From: an uncultured Chloroflexia bacterium
GTDB taxonomy: Bacteria; Chloroflexota; Chloroflexia; Thermomicrobiales; UBA6265
DNA: 64,000 bases
Direction of reading: 5' to 3'
Assembly (NCBI GenBank): GCA_963724295.1
Contig: CAVRUC010000007.1
Span: forward strand, 802,576 to 866,575
The notes under the pieces were generated by a model. It ran no database searches. It was not told where the DNA came from and saw nothing but the letters and a program-made list of their open reading frames with translations. Of this stretch, positions 47,056 through 58,479 are shown piece after piece. The translations under genes were made by a program, and so were the position numbers. Position 1 is the first letter of the stretch. Each line of letters opens with the position of its first letter.

Positions 47056-47874
47056 TCAGATTGCCACGCGAACCGGACCAGCCCCGAGGTTGGCGGAGAT
47101 CTTTGCAGCCGAGTCGGTAACGAGCCGAATCAGCTCTTCGGTCCGCTCCGCCGGGGCGGCGGGGTAGGACACGCTGACGGCGGCCACACACTCCCCGCTG
47201 GCGTCGAAGACTGGTACGGCGACGCATTCGACACCCACATAGTCTTCTTCGCGGTCGATCGCATAGCCGCGGCCTCGTATCAGCTCCAGTTCGGCGTGCA
47301 GCCGCTGCCGGTCCGTAATCGTGTTTGGTGTAAATTTCGCGAGTTCGCTCGCTGCGAGCGCCGCCTCCACGTCTTCAGGCGGTAGATGCGCCAGGAGGAC
47401 TTTGCCCGTGGCAGTGGAGTGCAAGTTCGATTGACCCGGGCGATGGAACCGACGGGCCTGCACCGGCCGCGCACCGGTCAACGCGATGATGACTGCCACC
47501 TCGCTACCCTGGAACGCGGAGATATACGAGGTCTCGCCAGAGAGATCGCGCAATTCCTCCGCCGGGCCAATTGCCGCCGGATACAGGTCCGTGCCCGAGA
47601 GGAAGCGGCTGACGAGTGAGACGAGTCGGTACCCGATGCGATAGGTCTTGGTTCGCTCGTCCTGCGCGACGATTCCGCGTGCCTTGAGCGTCGCGAGAAG
47701 ATGGTGCGCGGTGCTGGCATTCAGCTCGAGGCGTTTCGCCAGCTCGCCAAGCGCCAAACCCCGACTCTCCCTCGAGAGCACTTCGAGGATGTCCACGACC
47801 TTGTCGACGGAGCGGATGGTGCCGTTCGCCCGCGCACCTGCAGATCGCCCTTGGATTTCAGAAGATGAAATCAT
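47056..47874 (-). CDS. IclR family transcriptional regulator
   Basis: wHTH, HSTATGKVLLA, RGYAIDREE, CVAVPV. Confidence 0.94.
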   Translation of the reverse strand: MISSSEIQGRSAGARANGTIRSVDKVVDILEVLSRESRGLALGELAKRLELNASTAHHLLATLKARGIVAQDERTKTYRIGYRLVSLVSRFLSGTDLYPAAIGPAEELRDLSGETSYISAFQGSEVAVIIALTGARPVQARRFHRPGQSNLHSTATGKVLLAHLPPEDVEAALAASELAKFTPNTITDRQRLHAELELIRGRGYAIDREEDYVGVECVAVPVFDASGECVAAVSVSYPAAPAERTEELIRLVTDSAAKISANLGAGPVRVAI

Positions 47875-47923
47875 ATTTCTTGTTACCAGAGCGTAGTCTA
47901 TCGTCCAGGTGTTGCGTCGTCAA
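47852..47923 (-). promoter_or_regulatory. sigma70 promoter with IclR-type operator (site 2) overlapping the iclR start
   Basis: Minus strand TTGACG (47923-47918), 17 bp, TAGACT (47900-47895); TGGATTTCA-N5-TGAAA-N5-TTTC at 47852-47879. Confidence 0.72.
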
Positions 47924-47997
47924 CGCGTGCTAAGGAAGTGCGTCGATCGGAGCGGATCTGCAGTTTCCGACTCAAACGTGCGCCCCAATCATCCGCT

Positions 47998-50244
47998 TCA
48001 GTCCCGCCAGCGCCGGGGAGCGTCGTTCGTCAGCCCCCACAGGTCCAGCGGAAAGTTTTCGAAACCCAGCTTCAGCGCTGGCGAGTCGTCCTGCACCCGA
48101 TAATCTCCGTTCCTGGGATCGACGAAAAGCGGATCGGCAAAGACAGAGTGGGCATCAAAGCCAAGCGCCTGCCACTCCTCCAGGGTGTACTTCAGTCCCT
48201 CGCTCGATTCCCTGGTCTCCTCGTCGCCGTCCGGTCGCGGGCGCACCCGGGCGACAAACTCCCCTCGATCGCTGAAGAAGCAATTGTTGTCGATCTCCGC
48301 TAGCCATGGTCCGTGGACCGGCGGATAGATGAGGGTATAGACCTCGCCGAAGCCGTGCCCCATCTCGAAGTTCAGGTCATCCTCGGCTCGCATCGCGCCC
48401 ACGCGCATCACGGTGATGTTACGCACGTAGCGATCATGGTTGCCCTCGTTGCCGACGTGGAAGCAGGGCGAGTTAGCGGGATGGACCCAGATGTTGTTCT
48501 CGATGGTGCGGAAGGCGCCTTCACGCAGTTTCACGCTCGCGCCGACACAGAGATTGTGGGAGATCACGTAGTTCGACGCGCCATCATCCAGGTCGATGCC
48601 CCAGCCTGATGATTCTTCGCAGTAGTTGAAGCGGACGAAGACCGTCTCCATGGCGTCGGCCAGGACATTGCCTGCGTCATGGCTGCGCGTTGGAATATGG
48701 GGCGTATGCGATTGCACCAGGCACCAGAATTTGTCGCGGCCCCAGGCATTGAACGGCCCGTGATCCCCCGTTTCACGGCAGGTGTCGCGGAGAATGTTGT
48801 ATTCGATGCGATGTCCGCCCCACGTGCCGTCGCCGATGCAGATCGCCGCGCGCGGCATCCTGAAGATCTCGTTGTGGGACGCCGTGATGCGTTTGGCGCG
48901 CGATATATACACGCCAGCAATCTGCTTACCAAAGATGCCGCAATCGTGAATGAGATTGTCGGTCGCATCACACTCGTACGGAAAATTGCGTTGCGTGCCG
49001 ACAGTCGTCTCCAGCGAACCGACGAAGCAGATCGCGCTGTCGCCCGCCTCGGTGATTCGGCAGCCGGAGACGGCATTGTCCCGGTTGTACCCGTTCATGA
49101 AGACGGCGTTGCCCCCGACGGCATCGAAGAAGCAGTCATGGATGGCGCAGCTCCGCGCCCCGTCGAGGTAAACGGCGCCGCCACGATGGATGGCCCAATC
49201 GCTCAATGACGGCACAGAATAAGGCTCGAGAAAGGTCGATGCGGTGTGCGCGAACCGGAAGCCGCGCAGAGATACGTCGTGCACGGGATCATCCGCGGTG
49301 CCGAGGAAACGGACCAGTTGCGTCAGCACCGGAATCTCAACGACGGCTTCCGCGAGGTTGAGATCGGACGGCGGCAGAAAATAGAGGGTTCGCGACTCCC
49401 GGTCGAGGTACCACTCTCCCGGCGCGTCGAGCTCCTCGAAGACGTTCTCGACGAAGAAACGGGAGCGCTCGTTGACCTCGGAGGGTGAATCCGCCCACTT
49501 CGCGCCCATCTGCGTTCCGCCCGCGCCAAACCACAGGCGGTGGTTCTCCCAGTCGACATCCTTGAGTCGCCATTGCAGGTTTCCCCAGTAGTGCGCCTGG
49601 AAGATATGAATGACTGCCTCTTGCGGCCGTGCCCAACGGCGAGACGTGAATGTCGCGGGGTCGAACGTGATTCCGGATGGCGGGGCTCCGGAGAAGACCA
49701 TGTCGTCGTTCGGGCCTGGACGAGGGTCGACGACATCGGCGCCGATGCTGCCAGCGGCGAGGGCGTATCCGCTGTAGGCCCGAAGGTCAGAGTCGTCGCG
49801 ATTTGGAAAGCGGGCCAATGTTTGGCGCCGTCCGTTGACGAACAACTGGCTGAAATCCCACGGCCGCGCTCCCGGATCAGGGAGCGTGCACGTCACGATG
49901 CCATCACGGTAGGGACGCCAATCGCAGGCGAGACGCTGGCCGCCACTGACTGTCACCAACTCACCCGGGTGCACGGCATAGACGATGGGGGCATCTGCTG
50001 TCCCGGAATCGGCGGCTCGGAATTCCAGAGGGGCGTCTAGGTAATAGACGCCGCCACGGAAGAGGACATGAATTGGTCCCACGGTTCGAAGCTTGTTAGC
50101 TCGAACCATTTCTTGAGCGGCGTGAAACGATTTAAGCGGCTTCGCCTGAGTGCCCGGCCACAAGTCATTGCCATGAGGAGCGACGTAGAGTTGCCGAATC
50201 TGGCGCTCCACTGCCCATAGATTGCCCTGGTTATTCAAAGGCAA
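47998..50244 (-). CDS. Right-handed beta-helix glycoside hydrolase, GH141-like, no obvious signal peptide
   Basis: YVAP.GND..PGT..KP, RGG.YY, QLFVNG..ARFPN, VEN.FEELDAPGEWY, ETGDHG, IDLDDGAS. Confidence 0.75.
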   Translation of the reverse strand: MPLNNQGNLWAVERQIRQLYVAPHGNDLWPGTQAKPLKSFHAAQEMVRANKLRTVGPIHVLFRGGVYYLDAPLEFRAADSGTADAPIVYAVHPGELVTVSGGQRLACDWRPYRDGIVTCTLPDPGARPWDFSQLFVNGRRQTLARFPNRDDSDLRAYSGYALAAGSIGADVVDPRPGPNDDMVFSGAPPSGITFDPATFTSRRWARPQEAVIHIFQAHYWGNLQWRLKDVDWENHRLWFGAGGTQMGAKWADSPSEVNERSRFFVENVFEELDAPGEWYLDRESRTLYFLPPSDLNLAEAVVEIPVLTQLVRFLGTADDPVHDVSLRGFRFAHTASTFLEPYSVPSLSDWAIHRGGAVYLDGARSCAIHDCFFDAVGGNAVFMNGYNRDNAVSGCRITEAGDSAICFVGSLETTVGTQRNFPYECDATDNLIHDCGIFGKQIAGVYISRAKRITASHNEIFRMPRAAICIGDGTWGGHRIEYNILRDTCRETGDHGPFNAWGRDKFWCLVQSHTPHIPTRSHDAGNVLADAMETVFVRFNYCEESSGWGIDLDDGASNYVISHNLCVGASVKLREGAFRTIENNIWVHPANSPCFHVGNEGNHDRYVRNITVMRVGAMRAEDDLNFEMGHGFGEVYTLIYPPVHGPWLAEIDNNCFFSDRGEFVARVRPRPDGDEETRESSEGLKYTLEEWQALGFDAHSVFADPLFVDPRNGDYRVQDDSPALKLGFENFPLDLWGLTNDAPRRWRD

Positions 50245-50534
50245 CTTCCCATTGGCAACATATTCATATCAGGAACAATGGGCTCATTTTGTTCTAGCTT
50301 ATCACTCGCACAATACTTCGACGCGCGATACCGGGAGAGTGAGGCCGCGTCACAACGCGATGGCCCCTGCCTATCGCGTGCGGGTTCGGTGCACAGGTTG
50401 GGGAACGGAATGCGGCAGCGTCGTTCTAGGAGATAGAAGACACTGAACCGATCCCCGTTCACTTTTCCGGCCTCTCTCGAACTTGACACGCAATTGAGTT
50501 CGATTGGGCTCTTTGGTTGGTCCCCAGTTGACTC

Positions 50535-50631
50535 TCGCTTCTGGATCGAGTGATCGCCCCGGGGTGCAGGCGCAGGCGCGCCGAGGGTCGGCGTAGTCCG
50601 CGCAAAGACACGGGTTCATAGCGGTGATCAA
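50535..50631 (-). pseudogene. comM: comM/yifB (Mg-chelatase-like ATPase) remnant 1
   Basis: LITAMNPCLCADYADPRRACACTP-GAITR-QKR resembles ComM AMNPCPCG..GD..C.C..I.RYQKR. Confidence 0.7.
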
Positions 50632-50682
50632 TAAGGTGGCCAGGAGAGGGTGCGGAAACTCGCTCGTCGTGGGGCAGGCGGG

Positions 50683-51353
50683 TCAGCCCGCGAGGGCCGC
50701 GGCTGCCCAGCCGACTGAGAGCAGCAAGGCCACCGCCGACGCCCCGAGTGCGATCCGCCCTGTCCTCGTCGCACCCATAACCCCCGCCAGTCCAAGCAGC
50801 ACGGCGCCGATCGCCAGGAGCGACAGGGCGAAGACGGCCCGGGTTCCCCGGGCTCCGTAGCGTTCGGCCAAGGCGAGCTGGTCATTCAGCTCCTCGACGG
50901 ACCCGGCCATGTCGTCGAGGGTCAGGGCAAGCACGGCGCGCGTGTGGGGGTCCACGGGGCTCGTCTCCTCCGGTGCACGGCTCATCGCTTCCCCGGCGAC
51001 CGTCAGGCGCTCGGCGGCCCGCGCCTCCGCCGTGGCCATCGCCCGCTGGGCCTCGGCGACCGCGGGCGCCTCCGCGGCCAGTAGGTCGCGCGAAGACGCA
51101 TCGATGCTCAGGAGCGTGGCCTCCCGCCCGGCCTGGAACTGGTACATGCTGAGAAGTCCGGTGGCGGCGCTCGCCTCGAAGACCCGAACGGCGAGCCGCG
51201 TGGCGTTCACCATGGCCTGTTCCTCCCAGCGGCTGGCGTCGACCTGCAGCGTGGCGATGAGGGCCGCGAGCACGGCGGCGAGGCCGGCCAGGATCGCCAG
51301 CGCCCGCTCGAAGCGCGACCGGCCGAACCTCTGTGCGCAGTCTCGATGTCCAC
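50683..51353 (-). CDS. Hypothetical membrane protein (TM, helical loop, 2 TM); probable frameshift near 5' end
   Basis: ORF 50683..51516 has hydrophobic ends; GTG at 51353 directly follows the upstream stop but is out of frame. Confidence 0.6.
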
Positions 51354-52069
51354 CTAGGCGACCCCCACTTCCACCAGGACAGCCGCCGCGGCGGCAAGGG
51401 CCACAAAGGCGAAGCCGGCGACCGTGAGCGGCGAGCGGTACCGCGGGAAGCCCTGGGCGAGCGAGCCGCACAGGAAGGCGACGGCCGCGGGGATCGTCGC
51501 CGCAACCAGGCGCCACCCGTGCGAGCTGTCCCCGCTCCCTGTGTCCATCGTCGCGCCCGGATCGAGCGCGACGAGCTCAGGATGCTCGTTGCGAACATCG
51601 GCGAGGCGGGCGGCGACGTCGTACCCGTCGCCCGCGCGGTACGTCGGGTCCTTGGTCAGGTCGAAGGCCCCGGCCAGGGCGTCGGCGCTGGCCTGCCGGA
51701 CGAATGCCTCGGCCTCCGTCGCCGCCTTCTCCGGGTCGTCAAGGGACTCGGCGCTTTGCCAGAGCTCGTCCGCCTCGACCGCCGCGGCGGCCGCCCGCAG
51801 CCCGACGGCGGCCTCGACCGCGTAGACGTAGCGGACATCCTCGACAAGGGCCGCCGACCGCTTGACCTCCTCGCGGACCGCGGTCTGCCACGCTTCCGAG
51901 GCGGCGGACGACACCACCGCCGCCCTGGCTCCCAGAACGGCTGCCACCGTGGCGGCGAGGGCGAGGAGGATCGCCACAACGAGTCCCTCCTCGGCCTCCG
52001 CGGGTTGACTTGGCGATTGGCCAGGCCGTTGGCGACCGAGGCCGCTTCAGCCGATCGGAGTTCCTGCAT
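51354..52069 (-). CDS. Hypothetical membrane protein with the same topology as its neighbour; probable frameshift near 51985
   Basis: ORF 51354..51977 (AILLALAATVAA...two C-terminal TMs); N-terminus MQELRS from 52069 is in another frame. Confidence 0.6.
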
Positions 52070-52540
52070 TGGGAAGGCTCCTCTCGCGCGTCACCCTGCG
52101 TTCCACCGGCCGGCATAATCGCAAAAAGGTGAGCCGACAGACATCCCTCGGCTGGACCGACGTGCTGCCGGCCGGGCGCGTTGGCCCGACCCGGGGCTGG
52201 ATATGACTTATGGGATGCTTGTCCTGGCCGAGCAGAACAGAGTGGCCGCCGGCGCCGAGAACGTGCGGTTCCGGGAACGCTGCTCTCCGGTCACGTCACG
52301 ACGTCCCGCGCCGCATCCTCTGCCGTGAACCGCAGCACGACGCGTTCTACCTATCGTCCTCCACCCAGTTGAAAATGGAGGAGGTGTCAGCTGCTAGGCG
52401 CTGCTGTTCCCGGCCTACGCCCACATCGCCGAGTACCAATACTGAGCTGATGCCTGCACTGTGGCATCAGCACACGTACGCCTGGGCACGGGGACTAGCA
52501 GCATGCGGAGCGGTGCCTGTCACATGGATGACTCGCACGG

Positions 52541-53321
52541 TTAGCCCGCGAGATGGGAAAGCAAGAAGGCACAGGCGAAGCCGACAGCGGTGGCGAGGGC
52601 GACCAATGGCCCGCCGTTCTCGAACGCTTCAGGCATCATCGTGTCGGCCAGCATCGCAAGGATGCCGCCCGCCGCCAGGGCCAGCAGTGCTGCCGTCAGG
52701 TGCGCTGGGAGCCCGGACAGGAGGCCGTACCCGAGCACGGTGGCCAGCGTACAGGCCACGGCGACCGTCCCCAGGCGGCGAGGATGTAGGTCCGCGATCG
52801 GCCCTCCTGACGCATCCCGACGGCGCTGCTCATGCTGCCCGGGAGGTTCCCGAGGAAGACCGCCCCCAGCAAGACCAGGGCGAGACCCTGACCATCGGCC
52901 ACCAGCCCGATGCCAATGGCGGCGTTTCGGGGATACCGTCCAGCGCTGCCCCGACGAGCAAGGCCGTACCGCTGACGGTGGCTTGCTCCGTCGTCTGCGG
53001 GATCTCTTGCGCTCCCGCCACCACATCCTGTGGGTCGCGGCCCTCGCGTCGTGGCGAGCGCGCAGCCAGCCGTTCCAGAGCGACGTCGGCGGCGACATAG
53101 ATCACCGCGCCGAGGAGAAAGCCGCCGATGGTGAAGGCCGGGATCCCTTCAATGAACGCCTCTTCCATGAGCTCGAAGGTGAGGGCCGAGACAAGGACCC
53201 CGCTGCCGAAGGCAACCACCGCAGCGACCAACCGCCGCGGTGGCGAGGTGACGAGCCCGATGGCCGCCCCGAGCAGGAGACTCGAGCTGGCCAGCACCCC
53301 GTAGAGCAGCGCGGTGAGCAT
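52541..53321 (-). CDS. ZIP family (ZupT-like) metal transporter, frameshifted
   Basis: AFGSGVL, LDGIPE, FLGNLP, AAGGILAMLADTMMPEAF spread over three ORFs. Confidence 0.82.
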
Positions 53322-53404
53322 CTCCACCTCCGGCGCCCTTCAGGCCGCCGCACCATCCCGACCAGCCTACTCTGGGCACGCCATCCCCGACGGGAGTCTC
53401 GGTC

Positions 53405-54378
53405 TCAGTCCGGGATGAGCAGCGCTTCTAGTCCCGCTTCCGCCGGCGGATACTGCGGGTTCATGGCCTCGAGCGTATCGGCGATGGTGCGGGCGATCAC
53501 CAGGTTGCGGTACCATTCTTGTTCGGCGGGGACGACATACCACGGCGCGTACGTCGGTCGAGCATTGCCGATCGCGTCCTCGAAGGCCGCCATGTACTCA
53601 TCCCAGCAGGCGCGCTCCTTCAGGTCGGCGCTGGAGAACTTCCAGTGCTTGGTCGGGTCATCGAGCCGGCTCTGCGAGGCGGCGCTTCTGCTCGTCCTTG
53701 GAGATATGCAGGAAGAACTTGAGGACCGTCGTGTTGTTGAGCGTCAGCATGTGCTCGAACTCGTTGATCATGCGCGTAGCGCTGCCGCCAGACGTCCTCC
53801 GGCATCAGCTTCTTGACGCGCACGATCAGCACGTCCTCGTAGTGCGAGCGGTTGAAGATGGTGATCATGCCCGCGCGGCGGCGCTTTGGCGTGGTAGCGC
53901 CACAGGAAGTCGTGCTCCAGCTCCTCGGCGCTGGGCGCCTTGAACGACCAGACCTGGCAGCCCTGCGGGTTGACGCCCTCGGAAGACGCCGCGGATGGTG
54001 CCGTCCTTGCCGCCGGTGTCCATCGCCTGCAGCACGATCAGCAGGCTGTGCTTGTGCTCGGCGTACAGCCGCGCCTGCAGGTCGCGGATGCGCTCGCGCT
54101 GGTGCTCCAGCTCGTCCTCGACATCCTTTTTGCTCCGTGTAGTGCTCGGATTCGTCGGGATCGATCTCGCTCAGCCGAAGGTTCGTCCCGGGTCGATGCG
54201 ATAGCGCGGGTAGTCCGGCGCTCGGCGGTGGCTCGGCGACGACGAGAGTTTCGGGCGCCGCGACGGCGGTGGCCTGGGTCGTCCTTTGCGGCGCGACCGC
54301 CGCGGTGTCGGCAGCGTCGGTCCTGGCGGCCGCGGGAGATGGGGCCGTCCCGTTGACGGCGACGTGGCGGGTGTTCAC
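53405..54378 (-). CDS. ppk2: Polyphosphate kinase 2 family (class III-like), multiple frameshifts
   Basis: [47 protein letters not shown] across frames; GTG 54378 with AAGGAG. Confidence 0.85.
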
Positions 54379-54639
54379 CGGGTTCTCCTTTGCGTGCGGA
54401 TGCCAGCGAATGCGCATGGGGAGCGGGATGCAAGACACGTTCCAACGCGGACACAGCAAAACGCCGACAAGTCCGGCGCCTAAGCGCAAGCCCGTCGGCG
54501 TTTGCTCCACCGTCGGCTTCAGGGATTGCTCCCATCCGCGTTCGGTGTAGGGTGAACGTACACCCTCATCAGCGATCTGTCAATACCCGACCTCGGCACT
54601 CCGCCGTACGGCGGATCCCATGCCGCCTCCGCTCACCCT

Positions 54640-54881
54640 CTATCGTGCCTGGAGTTTGCCCAGCAGGGCGAACTGCTCGAGTTGCTGCATCAGCCGCCGC
54701 ACCGCCTGCTCGTCCTGCTGCCGCAACTCGCGCCAGATGGGATCGTTGGCCTGCCCATCCTGCTCGAACTTCTGGTAGGCGGCGAAGCCTTCCAGCTTCG
54801 AGGAATAGTCGCGATCAAGTTGTAGACCTCGTTGTCGACCAGGGTCGTTTCTCGACCGGAACTGTGATCACTGCTGCTCAT
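54640..54881 (-). CDS. Small helical hypothetical protein (about 80 aa), one frameshift near 54806
   Basis: VDNEVYNLIAT joined to SKLEGFAAYQKFEQD..QAR*; GGAGG RBS. Confidence 0.6.
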
Positions 54882-55063
54882 GCGTTACCTCCGAGAGTTG
54901 CGAATTGCTCCATCACGGGACGTCCGCGCTCCTCATCCAGCACGCGGCATGCCACCGGACGCTGGTCGGTCGAGGCCTCCCCAGCTCCGAGAACCGGTTT
55001 CTACTGACGACCTTATGCAGGTCGATAAGTACGGCCAATGGCGCATGAACGCGGCGCGCGCCA

Positions 55064-55553
55064 TCAGGATCTGTGCCGAAGCGCCTCCTTGGCAGCGCGG
55101 AGCCGCAGGGGTCTCCACCACCTCACGCTGCGTCTCCGCCGGCGTCCCAGACGCGCGTAGTCGAGCCCGCTCAGCTCCGGCGCATCCTCCGCCGCCGCGG
55201 CCAAGGAGTGCCAGAGCGCCTGTTTCCCGGCAATGCCGAGGGAGACGGTTTCGAGCGCTTCGAGCCGTCGCAACGCCCCGTCTCCCGCATCGTCGAGGCG
55301 CAGCTTGACCTCGCTGAGTTTCTCGACCAGCCAGCCCGTGGCCTTCCGCGGCGCGCTCACGGCGATCCCCCGCTGCGCCATGAACGCTTCCAGTTCCTGC
55401 CGATCGGCCACGATGTCAGCATGGACGGCGGCCAGGAGGGACGCCTCGAGCAGTCCCGGCGCCGTCCTCCTCGAGGTGGTCCAGGAGCTCCAGGGCCACC
55501 ACCGAGCCGGCCAGATGGTCATTCAGATACGTCGCCAGGGACTCGTTCGCCAT
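55064..55553 (-). CDS. Conserved-looking hypothetical helical protein, frameshifted
   Basis: MANESLATYLNDHLAGSVVALELL then EKLSEVKL..LEALE..LGIAGK.ALW. Confidence 0.65.
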
Positions 55554-56017
55554 GATGGACCTCGCGTGATCGACGGACACGTCGTGCTGTCAGTGCACGC
55601 CGCGTGCCGGGTGTCCTCCCGCACGAGCGACACACGGACAGTGTCGGAACCGATCGGCAGGCAGCCAGAGCGATGGCACAGCCAGTGCGTCAGTCTGCGG
55701 CGCGGCAGGACACCATGGAGGTGGAGCATGACCGAACGAGAGCGTGATGAGGCACGGACCGGACGCGGATCCCGCAGAACCGGAGGTCGGGCGATCGAGC
55801 AGCGGTTCCCCGCCGGAGCACAAGGATGCGGGGAGACCAACCGATCAAGCCGTCATCAATGAGGAGCAGGCACTGGAGTCCGGCGAGGAGAATGTCGTGT
55901 AGGGCCGTGGCAGGATCAGATCAAACGGCCCGCGTCACACGTGTCGGCCTCACAGCGCTCGCCGTCGTGGGGCGGGCGTTCCCGGACTGATCACCGCTGC
56001 GGATGATGAAGCTGAGG

Positions 56018-57420
56018 CTAAGCAGACGCCTCCTTCTTCACGCGACGACCCCCTGGTCGATCAAATACTCGTTGCCCGGACGCTCCATGATGACGGTGTG
56101 CCCTCACTTCTTGCGCCGTCGAGCTGTCACTGTACCGGCGCATGAGCGGGGTCACAGAAACGCCGTGGACAATCACCGAGGTGGCAATGACGGCCAGCGT
56201 GAGACTCGTGAGCACCTGGGCGGAACTGCCGGTGAGTCCGTGCTCGATGGCATACATCAGGTAGTAGATCGAGCCGATGCCCCGGATGCCGAACCAGGCA
56301 ATGAAGCTGCGCTGGACCGGCGTCGTCGTCGACCTGACCATGGAGAGACCTGCGGCAACCGGCCGGATGATCAGCAGCAGCAATGGCACAAACCACAGGG
56401 CAACGCTGGGGACGCCAGTGACCGAGATCATGATCCCGACCAGGAGCATCACGGCGACCTCACCGATCCGCTCCAATTGCTCGGTGAAGCCCAGCACGGT
56501 CTGCGTCATATACGCGGGCGCCGTCTCCGGGTGGGTCGCGATCTCCTCGTGCCGGCCCTCCGCCGCGGCCGCCGCGACCACCTCGTCCGGCGCTTGTTCC
56601 TCCCGGGCGGTGCTCTCCTCGATCTTGCGGAGCGCGAGACCCGCCGCAAAGACGGCCAGGAATCCGTAGGTGTGCAGGAGGAGCGCGGTCCCGTACGAGA
56701 GGGCAATCAATCCCAGGGCCAGAAAGTCGTCCAACCCGACCGCTTCCTTGTGCTCCCGTCGCAGATAGAGGATCACACGGCCCGTCGCGGTTCCGAGTAG
56801 GGCTCCGACGAGCAACCCGCCGGGAATGGCCCACAGGACGTCGATGGCGAGCCAGCGCCACCCGAGCTCGCCGATGTCGTGCAGCCCGAGCAGCCCCAAC
56901 CCCAGCATGACAAAGGGGAACGCGGTGCCATCGTTGAAGCTGGCCTCGCCGGTGAGGCTGAATCGCAGGCGGTCCTGGTCGCGCGGTCCGGTCGACCTGC
57001 ACGTCGGAGGCCAGCACCGGGTCGGTGGGTGCCAGCACCGCGCCGAGGAGGATGGCGGCCCCTAAGGGCAATCCCAGCACGACGACGCCAACGAGCGTGA
57101 TCAGCCCGACGGTGAGCATCATCGACCATGAGGCCAGCGTGACCGGGAGCCGCCAGAGGGAGTCGCGCAGCGGGACCCGCAGCTTGAGCCCAGCGCTGAA
57201 GAGGGAGACGATGACCGCAACCTCGGTGATCCGTTCGATGATGGCCGACTCCGCGATGGGGTCGAAACTGGTGAGGTTGAGCGCGAGGGGACCAATGAGG
57301 ACGCCGGCGCCGAGGTAGAGCATGGAGGTCGACAACGGCAGGCGTTTGAGCACGGAGCCGCTCAAGCGCCATGAGGATGAGCAGCACGCCGACGACGATG
57401 AACCAGTAGGTAATCTGCAC
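56018..57420 (-). CDS. Cation:proton antiporter (CPA1/NhaP), frameshifted
   Basis: LFSAGL, LAPTDPVLA, GFLAVFAAGL, IIRP, WFGIRGIGSIYY, SVIVHG across three ORFs. Confidence 0.88.
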
Positions 57421-57701
57421 GGGGATGTGGCTTCCTGTTTTCCACGGGCAATCTCACGTCGTCTCCTGCACCCCGGTCTGCAGGTGCGGGCCGACGACCC
57501 ATGCGCAAGAATGGTGCAAGGCGGCACACGCTAATGTAGCGTTGGCTAACCACGGCACCAGAGCAACGCTTAGCCACGGTCGAGGGACGATAGACGCTGG
57601 CGCCGTGCGGGTCCTGTGCGGCCCGGTCACCTGGGAATTGACCGGACTCCAGAGAGGGCAGAGGGAAGACCATGGACGGATCAGTTGATCCTAGATTCGC
57701 C

Positions 57702-57761
57702 GATCGCCCCGGGAGCGCAGGAGCAGGCGCGCCGGGAGTCGCCGGAGTACCCGCAGGGACA
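57702..57761 (-). pseudogene. comM: comM/yifB remnant 2
   Basis: CPCGYSGDSRRACSCAPGAI; direct-repeat similarity to 50552-50610. Confidence 0.75.
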
Positions 57762-58479
57762 CCCATGCAGATACCAATCGAGGTGGTCCTGAACTACAGC
57801 GATCCTACTCGCTCGGTAACGGGAAGCGACCTGGGTCCGCAGTTCCCAGCGACTGACACTGTGCGCTGGCCGGATGAAACCAACTGCTGCACCAGCTTGA
57901 TTGATATTGAGCGAGTGGTGACCGGCGTCTGCGCAGGAACCAGAGCGATGGGTCCTGATGCCGTGCCGATTGAAGGTCCAGCCGGTGGGCGGGATCCCTT
58001 CGAACTGACCGTGGCCGGACCGCTCCACCTCTATTGAGGGCCACAAGACGCAGCCCTTGGCGAAATCAACGTTTAGCGCGCTGGAGCAAGTCGCCAATTT
58101 TTGGCGTGTATCAAGCCCCCCGGTGGTACTGGAAGCAATTGCCTCACTGTGCACTTGTCCAGCCGCGAAGCATGCTAGCCACCTCCGTGCTCGGCTCTAT
58201 GCAGGCCGGTCCTGACGACCTGTTTCGCCTTAGATAGAGGTCGAAACCCTTGCGACCGGTACCGGGCAGAGGTGGTCCGCACCAGCTTCCCCTGCATGTT
58301 GGCGCCGTTGGTCGCTGCCTGGGCACGGAAACCAGCCGTCTCGGGGAGAGCGCAACCACTGTTGTTGCCGGAGTGCGAAAGGGTGGCGATGGTGCGGCAA
58401 TCCCTTCTTCGCGAGGACCTGCAGTACGAACCCGGCACACTCCCCGGGCACTGTTGACTCCTCACGTCCGGCTTCAGAC

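Noticed and set aside
57770..58470. Several short ORFs on both strands
   Set aside because: No recognisable motif or convincing RBS; left unannotated.
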